From NCBI GenBank assembly GCA_036498835.1, contig DASYEV010000002.1, forward strand, positions 1,763-65,762: DNA of 64,000 nucleotides, written 5' to 3'. This DNA is from Acidobacteriaceae bacterium (lineage in GTDB: Bacteria > Acidobacteriota > Terriglobia > Terriglobales > Acidobacteriaceae). A model generated the notes under the pieces. That model made no database searches. It was given only the letters and a program-made list of their open reading frames with translations, and was not told the origin of the DNA. Below, piece after piece: positions 57,301 through 64,000 of this stretch. Each line of letters starts with the position of its first letter. Position 1 is the stretch's first letter. Both the position numbers and the translations under genes were made by a program.

Positions 57301-57494
57301 AGCGCCAAAGGCGCGACGCTATACCAGCCTGGGGCGAAGCCCCAGGTAGGCTTCTACCCGAGGCACTAAGGGCTGAAGGCCCGCCCTATGCATTTGTGGT
57401 TGGATATAGGTCGGGCTTTCAGCCCTCTGTTCTCATCATGATCAACTACCCAGGCCTTCGGCCTGGGCTGGTATAGCGTCGCGCCTTCGGCGCT
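57301..57494. repeat. 194-bp nested-palindrome REPIN-like element, copy 3
   Basis: Same modules as 36381-36567, with an additional flanking IR ATCTG/CAGAT. Confidence 0.9.
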
Positions 57495-57517
57495 CAGATT
57501 TATGGCTGATCTACTGT

Positions 57518-58519
57518 CTACTGTTCGTTTGTAGACCGCAAAGCGGTTTCTTTACGCTCTCCATTCCGTGCCCGGAAATCCAGAGAGCGCAGGAAGGCCG
57601 AATCACCCGGCTTGCCGACCATGAATGCCGGCAATGCCCGCAGAAGCCCGGTCGTGTACCAGAGGCTGCACTGGACGTCCGTCTTCAGGCGAAGGTTACG
57701 TGTGAGTACCGCAAACGTCAGCAGCGGCAGGTCTCGCAGCAGGGTAGTGCCGAGACGCAGACAGGCCAGGCCCAGTAAATGCAATGTGCCCCGCCGCGCG
57801 AAGCGGCGGGCATCGCTGGCGCCCAGACGCAGCGAGGTCCAACGGAGATTGCTGCGCGACAACCGTGTTGCCGGAGTGATGTGCAAGGCCCGTGCCTCGG
57901 GCTGAAACCAGATCGAGTACCCAGCATTGCCTATGCGGTCGAAAAGGTCCGCGTCTTCCGCACCTTCGGTGAAGCTGGTGTCGTAGCCGTGCATGGCAAG
58001 AAAGACATCGCGGCGGATCAGCACGTTGTTACTGGCGGGGTCGATGCCACCGAATTTCGGTACATCGCCATCGAGATGCTCGCCCAGAATGCCGCGCACA
58101 CGCGGACCCAGTTCGGCGAGGGAGCGATCAGGAGGCAATTGCAAGGCAAGAGCGCCGCTGACACAGGCTGCTCCGGTTTCTTCCGCCAGGGTACGCAGAG
58201 CCGCCAGCCACCCGTGTTCGGCCAATTGGTCGTCGTCGAAACTCGCCAGCCATCTCCCAGCCGCATGTTCTGAGGCGAGGTTACGTGCCGCTGCGACGCC
58301 CCTGCGCGGACCTGCAAGTATGGTTACGGGGACACCCGCACTTTGTTGAAACGTAGCCAGCAGCTCGGGGGTCTCGTCCGTCGAGCCGTCATCCACAATG
58401 ACGAACTCCACCGGCGCAGACCAACCGATAGCCTCAGCGAGGAGACTTTGGAGCGCGCCACGAAGCAGGGGCGCACGGCTGCATGTAGCTAAAACGATGC
58501 TGGTGTCGATCGCTGGCAA
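57518..58519 (-). CDS. Glycosyltransferase family 2
   Basis: SIVLATCSR, VIVDDGSTD, GVAAARN, ASFDDDQ and GAEDADL. TTG start. Confidence 0.88.
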   Translation of the reverse strand: MPAIDTSIVLATCSRAPLLRGALQSLLAEAIGWSAPVEFVIVDDGSTDETPELLATFQQSAGVPVTILAGPRRGVAAARNLASEHAAGRWLASFDDDQLAEHGWLAALRTLAEETGAACVSGALALQLPPDRSLAELGPRVRGILGEHLDGDVPKFGGIDPASNNVLIRRDVFLAMHGYDTSFTEGAEDADLFDRIGNAGYSIWFQPEARALHITPATRLSRSNLRWTSLRLGASDARRFARRGTLHLLGLACLRLGTTLLRDLPLLTFAVLTRNLRLKTDVQCSLWYTTGLLRALPAFMVGKPGDSAFLRSLDFRARNGERKETALRSTNEQ

Positions 58520-58633
58520 TGCTTCCGCTCAAGAGTGGAGTTCAGTTCAACGAACAACGCTCTTCTTGAAGCATAGTAGAGACCGGCGCGTCGCGTCACG
58601 ATAGGCCCATCGACTGGTACGTACTACGTTTGT

Positions 58634-58885
58634 TCAAGCAAGCCGGGGAAACCGGAGGCTGCGGAAATCGGAGGGATGGGAATGACTTCGATCCTCCATG
58701 CCCGGAGCCGGAGATTTCATCGTGTGAGGTGCGGTTGTCATCCTGCTGATTTTTTCCGCTACCGCCAGGCTGATGAAGTGGTTGAGGGACGTACCTTCCT
58801 CGCGTGCAATCTCTGTGGCCTGCTGCCGCACAGAAACCGGCAAGCGGAGAAGAAAACTCTGCTTCCGCTTTTGTTCCTGATCCAT
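58634..58885 (-). CDS. Ribbon-helix-helix DNA-binding protein (Arc/HicB-like)
   Basis: SFLLRLPVSVRQQATEIAREEGTSLNHFISLAVAEKI: an alternating beta-strand followed by two helices. Confidence 0.8.
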   Translation of the reverse strand: MDQEQKRKQSFLLRLPVSVRQQATEIAREEGTSLNHFISLAVAEKISRMTTAPHTMKSPAPGMEDRSHSHPSDFRSLRFPRLA

Positions 58886-58969
58886 GGTCGAGACCTTTCG
58901 AAGCCCTGCGTTACGGAGCCCCGCCCTTTTTTGATATCAGGGAGTCTCGACGGATCGTTCACACCATTC

Positions 58970-58989
58970 AATGGCACTTTCGTGTCATT
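58970..58989. promoter_or_regulatory. Candidate RHH operator AATGGCAC-N4-GTGTCATT
   Basis: Imperfect palindrome about 85 bp upstream of the RHH gene start. A TGATATCA palindrome also lies at 58932-58939. Confidence 0.4.
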
Positions 58990-59027
58990 ACCAAGGTTTT
59001 GGCAGGCGTCGGAGGTGCCCTAAATGC

Positions 59028-60266
59028 TTAGTTTGCAAGGGTTTGCGTTGAGTCAAGAAGCACCACGGGGGGTGGCGCCCAGGGTGCCTGTCCGGGCATT
59101 TCACTCATCACGACCCGGTTGCGGCCCAGCGCTTTGGCTTCGTACAGCGCGGTATCGGCCCGTTGCAGCATGTCATTCATGTTGTCGCCGCATTCCGAGT
59201 AAGTTGCCACACCCACGCTCACGGTGATGCGTATCGCGCGTTCGACCGACTGGCTCGAGGTCGCGGGATCGGGGAGCCGCATCCGTGCGACATTGGTGCG
59301 GAGGCGCTCTGCAACCAGCATGGCGGCTTCGCAGTTCGCGCCCGGCAGCAGAGCGGTAAATTCTTCGCCGCCCCAGCGCCCAAGCACATCGATGCCGCGG
59401 ATGGCGTTCTGCATATGCTCGACGGCGGTGCAGAGCACCTCGTCGCCTACGCTGTGCCCATAGGTGTCGTTGATCGATTTAAAGTGATCGAAGTCGATCA
59501 TCAGGATGGAAAAGGGGGTATGCGCCCGCAGGTTGCGTTCGCGCTCGCGTTCGCACCAGCGCAGAAAGACGCGCCGGTTGTAGGTGCGGGTAAGCGGATC
59601 TGTGCTGGCCATTTGTTCCAGGCCTTCGGTCAGGGTCGTCGTTGCCATCCAGAAACCGCCGAAGCCTAATCCAAGTGCAATTGCAACAAAGACGGCGAAG
59701 GCGCCCACCGCGACGGCATAGTAGCTTTCCGCATCGCGAAAGAATCCCAGGCAGATTGCAAGGCTGCGGCCGATGTTGACGACAGCCACCGTGCCAAGCA
59801 GGGTGCTGCAGTACGCCACCGGAAGCCGCATGCGCTGTTTCGCGGAGGGCAGAAGCGTGATCACGGTCTGGCAGACCTGGGCGCCGATCAGCACACCGGA
59901 GAAGATGACCCGTCCGCGGCCTGTGCCGTGAAGGGCAATCAGGGTAAAGTCACAAAGCGTCTGCAGGATCATCAGGCATATGCCGAACCTGGGAATCCGC
60001 CAGTCCTTCTCCTGCAACTCCTGGAAGGTTATGTGCAGCAGGACAAAGGAGCCAAGTACGCACAGATCGGCGAGCACCACGGCGCCGAAAGCTGTCAATT
60101 TATCGGAAAACAGCAACAGCCCCGCGCCCGCGCTGCCCGCGGCAAATGACGCTCCGAGATAGCCCAATCCTCGCAGTAGCGGACTTGTCAGGCGTACCAG
60201 CAGCAGACCTAGGCTGCCACACCCGAGCATTACCGCACCGAGGATGAGAATCGCACGAATGGCCAT
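59028..60266 (-). CDS. Membrane-anchored diguanylate cyclase (GGDEF)
   Basis: About six N-terminal TMs, DPLTRTYNRR, MIDFDHFKSINDTYGHSVGD, I-site RGID five residues before GGEEF, and ADTALYEAK..GRN. Confidence 0.92.
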   Translation of the reverse strand: MAIRAILILGAVMLGCGSLGLLLVRLTSPLLRGLGYLGASFAAGSAGAGLLLFSDKLTAFGAVVLADLCVLGSFVLLHITFQELQEKDWRIPRFGICLMILQTLCDFTLIALHGTGRGRVIFSGVLIGAQVCQTVITLLPSAKQRMRLPVAYCSTLLGTVAVVNIGRSLAICLGFFRDAESYYAVAVGAFAVFVAIALGLGFGGFWMATTTLTEGLEQMASTDPLTRTYNRRVFLRWCERERERNLRAHTPFSILMIDFDHFKSINDTYGHSVGDEVLCTAVEHMQNAIRGIDVLGRWGGEEFTALLPGANCEAAMLVAERLRTNVARMRLPDPATSSQSVERAIRITVSVGVATYSECGDNMNDMLQRADTALYEAKALGRNRVVMSEMPGQAPWAPPPVVLLDSTQTLAN

Positions 60267-60460
60267 ATTTCAACGGTCCTGCTAGGCCGCACGCGTGCCT
60301 GAAAGCTTCTGCTGGGCCCTGGAGAACTGCCGCTTTCTGAAACGCTATGTGTCGTTATAGGGGAACCGGGATGGAAACATTACTGCACGGAAGTGGTATG
60401 TAACCAATCATTTGTGCCGTGCGACTAGCCCCTCCGGTCCATGTCCGGAGAGCAAAGAAG

Positions 60461-60492
60461 GACGGCCAGCCCTGTGCAAGCGGCTGGCCGTC
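60461..60492 (-). terminator. Intrinsic terminator after the TonB receptor
   Basis: 11-bp stem GACGGCCAGCC / GGCTGGCCGTC followed on the minus strand by CTTCTTT. Confidence 0.6.
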
Positions 60493-60513
60493 AAGTGCGA
60501 AGCCGGCGGCGAT

Positions 60514-63500
60514 TTAGTACAGAATCTTTACGCCGAACTGGATGATGCGCGGTTCGAAGGTGCTGGTGACCAGGCCGCCGGTGCTTGCAGGCTGACCCAG
60601 CGTACCGCCAACCGTGGAAGGCAGGAACAGGTTGGTGTGGTTGAGGATGTTGTAGAACTCCGTGCGAAACTCGACCTTCAGGCTCTCCACCGGGGTGGAG
60701 AACCTTTTGTTGAGAGCGAGGTCAGTCTGGTAGAAGGGGGTGGAGCGGCCCGGATTGCGAGTCGCATTGCCGAATGGGCTCAACACCGCGCCGCCGGTTC
60801 CGGTTGTTGGCGGAAGCAGGAAGGCCGCGGGGTTGACGTATTGAATGAAACCCGAAGCAAGCTGCTTGTTTTGCAACAGCGGAACACCGGCTGCGCGGTT
60901 GGGGCGGTAGGCGTTGGCGCCACGATAGTTGGCCCCGATAAGCGGCGACACGGCGTTGGTTGAGCTGGGGCTGTAGGTGATATTGAACGGCGTGCCGGCC
61001 TGCATGGTGTTGATCAGGCTGACCTGCCACCCGCCCAGGAAGCTGTCGACCACGCCGTTTGCCCCGGACATGAATTTGCGGCCATGGCCGAACGGGAGTT
61101 CGTACACCAGGCTGGTCACGTTGATGAGCGGGAGGTTGTAATCGGACTGGCTATAGTCCGCACTGATGTTGTTGCCGTCCTGCGGCGCCGGGGTATTGCC
61201 TTCGAGCGAAGCGCTGGCGTTGTCCAGCGAGTGCTCCCAGGTGAAGGAGTTCAGCAGTGTGAGCCCGGCCACCGAGCGCTGTTCATAACGTACCTGCAGC
61301 GCGTCGTAGTGGGAGTAGAACTCGTTGACCGCCGCGGTGATATCGGAAGGCCACTTGGTGTAAGGACGCGCGAAGCCCAGGGACGGGTTCTTCTGGTTGG
61401 CGTTCAGGAAGCCCTGCAGTTTGACGCCGTGGTTGCCGACGTACGCCACATCGATCAGCGTGTTCTTGGCAAGCTGACGCTGCAGGCTGAGGTAATAGCT
61501 TTCGACGTAGCTGTCTTTCGTGTTCCTGGGGATATACGTGATGTTGTCGGTTGCGGGGTTGAAGGTCGTTACCAGCGCGGAAGGGAAGCCCTGGTCGACC
61601 GTGGCAAAGCAACTCGGCGTGGTGCCGTTGACCGCGATGATGTTTGCGGGAAGCGGATTGCAATGGTTGGTGGCGGTCGGAGCGATCTGCGTAACACCCG
61701 CAAACTGTGCCTGCGGAGCGTTGATGGCGAGGATGTCGCCGGAACCCGCGCGGGTGTAGTGCACATAGCTCATGCCAAAGCCGCCGCGGATCGCCGTCTT
61801 CGGATCCATCGCGAAGGCGAAGCCGATACGAGGCCCGAAATCGGTGAGGTCGGGGTCCACAAGGGTCGAGCCATAGGCGCCCGAACCGGTGGTGGGGGTT
61901 ATGCCCGTGCCGGTTGCTCCAGGCGTGATGGTCAGCACGGTCTGCGAAATCGGATCGAAGTTCGAAACGAAGTTGTTCTGCTCGGAGTAAGGCGAACCGT
62001 ACTCCCAGCGCAGGCCAAGGTTCAGCGTCAGGCGCGGATTGACGCGCCAGTCGTCCTGGGCATACACGCTATCCAGCGTCTGGCGCAGGTGCGCGACGAA
62101 GTAGTTCGCCAGTGAATAGTTGTTGGGGTTGCCGAAGAGGAAGTCGGCGAAGTAGTTGTCCGCAACGGTGGAGGCGATGCTGGCGCAGTTGGTGGGATCA
62201 ACAGGCGTCTTGACTCCGGCGACCGTGGTGCTCGGGCAAAGGCTGTAGCCTGCGGCGTAGCTGAAGGAGCCGTACAGCGGGTTGTTGTCGTTGACCGCCA
62301 TCCAGACGTGTTCGTATTCGTAGCCGAATTTGAGGGAGTGCATGCCTTTGACCCAGGTGAAGTTGACCTTGGGGTCGAGCAAGGCGGGGTTCTGCCACTG
62401 TGGATTGGTGCTCTGACGGCCGAACGAGGTGAAGCCGCCATTGATGCTGGTCGAAGGCAGACCGCCGGAGACAACAGGATTGCTCGGCAGGCCGGGCACG
62501 GTGATGGAGTTGTTGCCGATCGACAGGGAATACTTGCCTGCCTTGGTGCGGGAGAGGCCCAGACGCGCGTCGAAGATCTTGTTAGAGCCTAGGAGGCGTG
62601 TGTAGCCCAGCGCGATCTGCTGATCGAGCACGCGGATGCGTCCATTGCTCTGGCCGTCGAGCGGGATCGGAAGCGGTGTGAAATTGACGCCGTTCTCTTT
62701 GCGGTCGCTGACACGCAGAAACCACGAAGTGTTGGGGTTCTGCTGGTAGTCGAGACGAAGATCGCCTTTATCGGCGTTGTCCGTAAAGGGGACCTGGACC
62801 GCGTAATCCGCCGTGTTGATGCCGGTGGTAGCCACACCGTTAACCGGAAGCCCGGGGATGGTCTTGAACACGTTCACGATCTGCTGCGAGATGGGATTGA
62901 TGTCGCCCGCGGGGATCGCGGTGCCGGCCTTGTAGTGCTTGCCGGTGATGGGGTTCTGCACGTCCACGGCGAGAATGCCGTTGAGTTCGTTCTGGGTGGG
63001 GACGGTGAGAACGCTGAGAGGCTTGAGCGTCTGGCGGAAACCCTCGTAGTCGAGGAAGAAGAACAGGTGGTCCTTGATGATGGGGCCGCCGAAGTTCATG
63101 CCGAACTGGTTGCGATTGAAGGTCGGCTTTTTGAACGGTACGGGGCCGGATGTGCCGGCGGTCGTCGGCTTGAAGAAGCCTGCCGCGTTGAGGTCGGTGT
63201 TGCGAATGAACTCATACACGGTGCCGTGGTAGCGGTTGGTGCCGCCCTGCGAGGCCACGTTGATGGTTGCGCCTGAGGAGCGGCCGTATTCCGCGCTCTC
63301 GTTGTTGGTCACCACGGAGAACTGGGCAACGGAGTCGGGCGGCACCGCGATGATCTGGTTGTCGAACCCCTGGTTGCTTTCGCCGTACGCATTGTTGTCC
63401 ATACCGTCCAGCAGAAAGTTGTTGAACATGCTGCGCTGGCCGTTGACGTTGTAAGCGCCCGCGCGTACCAGGCTGTTGATGGAGCTGGTCGTGGCGGCCG

Positions 63501-63999
63501 TCGGAGCCTGGCGCACACCGGTGACGAGGCCCAGCAGGTCGGAGTAGTTGCGGCTGACCAGCGGGAGGGCTTCCGACTGGTATTGCGTAATGGTCTGATC
63601 GCGCTGGCTGGTGTCGGTTTCGGCCTGCAGGGCAATGCCGTTCACTTCGACGGTGCTGACCGCTTCACCCACCGGCAGCGAAAGATCGATGCGCTGACGG
63701 CCGCCCACTGAAACGCTGATGTTGGTGGCCTTGGCGTCCGAGAACCCCACGTGCGAAATGACGATGTTGTATTCGCCAACACGAAGATCGGGAACTTCAT
63801 AGGTGCCGGAGTCTGTGGTGGTGCGGGTGCTGACAACACCTGTGGCGGTGTTGGTGACTCGAACGGTTGCGCCGGAGACAACAGCGCCGCTGCCATCATG
63901 GACAGTTCCCACGATGCTGCCATTCTCAAACTGAGCGACTGCGAGTGTAGCGGGCAGAAGGCACAGCACGGCTGCCAGGAGACGAAAGATTGTTCGCAT
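60514..63999 (-). CDS. TonB-dependent receptor, Oar-like, with a carboxypeptidase-regulatory-like N-domain
   Basis: Signal peptide, GSIVGTVHDGSGAVV, LPLVSRN, NNFLLDGMDNN, SAEYGRSSG, YAQDDWRV.PRLTLNLGLRWEY and PRIIQFGVKILY. ATG lies at the window edge; the upstream region is not visible. Confidence 0.92.
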   Translation of the reverse strand: MRTIFRLLAAVLCLLPATLAVAQFENGSIVGTVHDGSGAVVSGATVRVTNTATGVVSTRTTTDSGTYEVPDLRVGEYNIVISHVGFSDAKATNISVSVGGRQRIDLSLPVGEAVSTVEVNGIALQAETDTSQRDQTITQYQSEALPLVSRNYSDLLGLVTGVRQAPTAATTSSINSLVRAGAYNVNGQRSMFNNFLLDGMDNNAYGESNQGFDNQIIAVPPDSVAQFSVVTNNESAEYGRSSGATINVASQGGTNRYHGTVYEFIRNTDLNAAGFFKPTTAGTSGPVPFKKPTFNRNQFGMNFGGPIIKDHLFFFLDYEGFRQTLKPLSVLTVPTQNELNGILAVDVQNPITGKHYKAGTAIPAGDINPISQQIVNVFKTIPGLPVNGVATTGINTADYAVQVPFTDNADKGDLRLDYQQNPNTSWFLRVSDRKENGVNFTPLPIPLDGQSNGRIRVLDQQIALGYTRLLGSNKIFDARLGLSRTKAGKYSLSIGNNSITVPGLPSNPVVSGGLPSTSINGGFTSFGRQSTNPQWQNPALLDPKVNFTWVKGMHSLKFGYEYEHVWMAVNDNNPLYGSFSYAAGYSLCPSTTVAGVKTPVDPTNCASIASTVADNYFADFLFGNPNNYSLANYFVAHLRQTLDSVYAQDDWRVNPRLTLNLGLRWEYGSPYSEQNNFVSNFDPISQTVLTITPGATGTGITPTTGSGAYGSTLVDPDLTDFGPRIGFAFAMDPKTAIRGGFGMSYVHYTRAGSGDILAINAPQAQFAGVTQIAPTATNHCNPLPANIIAVNGTTPSCFATVDQGFPSALVTTFNPATDNITYIPRNTKDSYVESYYLSLQRQLAKNTLIDVAYVGNHGVKLQGFLNANQKNPSLGFARPYTKWPSDITAAVNEFYSHYDALQVRYEQRSVAGLTLLNSFTWEHSLDNASASLEGNTPAPQDGNNISADYSQSDYNLPLINVTSLVYELPFGHGRKFMSGANGVVDSFLGGWQVSLINTMQAGTPFNITYSPSSTNAVSPLIGANYRGANAYRPNRAAGVPLLQNKQLASGFIQYVNPAAFLLPPTTGTGGAVLSPFGNATRNPGRSTPFYQTDLALNKRFSTPVESLKVEFRTEFYNILNHTNLFLPSTVGGTLGQPASTGGLVTSTFEPRIIQFGVKILY

Positions 64000-64000
64000 A

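Noticed and set aside
36381-57494. Repeated palindromes considered as a CRISPR array
   Set aside because: The copies are dispersed, not regularly spaced direct repeats with unique spacers, and no cas genes are present.
58634-58885. HicAB toxin-antitoxin module
   Set aside because: No HicA-like or other toxin ORF is adjacent; only an RHH domain is supported.

Overview
A GC-rich bacterial chromosome segment. The Oar-like TonB-dependent receptors, Ig-like repeat surface protein and REP/MITE families point to subdivision-1 Acidobacteriota (Terriglobus/Granulicella/Edaphobacter-like); this assignment is an inference. Left to right: (1) an L-rhamnose catabolic locus (rhaT partial, rhamnose isomerase, a hybrid IclR-HTH/sugar-binding-domain regulator, a rhamnulose-1-P aldolase/SDR fusion, rhaB) with a shared candidate operator; (2) pgsA, an Ig-like surface protein, gdhA and trpE; (3) LysR plus a tripartite RND efflux system, and a GH5 hydrolase; (4) a compact purF-purL(large)-purM-purC-purD-purN-purE-purK operon that looks foreign (Francisella-like gene order); (5) an apparently all-periplasmic amino-acid processing locus: Tat flavin amino-acid oxidase, Sec-exported RidA, Tat PLP aminotransferase and a TonB receptor; (6) a Wzx/Wzy exopolysaccharide locus with a kinase-dead Wzc, a GH26 hydrolase and an adjacent ATP-grasp ligase/flavoenzyme pair, followed by an RHH protein, a diguanylate cyclase and a second TonB receptor. 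Intergenic regions are dense with non-autonomous repeats: five copies of a ~115-bp TAGAGC-ended MITE family, three ~190-bp nested-palindrome REPINs, several other REP families, and heptamer repeats abutting stop codons. No rRNA, tRNA, CRISPR array or transposase was recognised. All calls come from motif reading without database searches.
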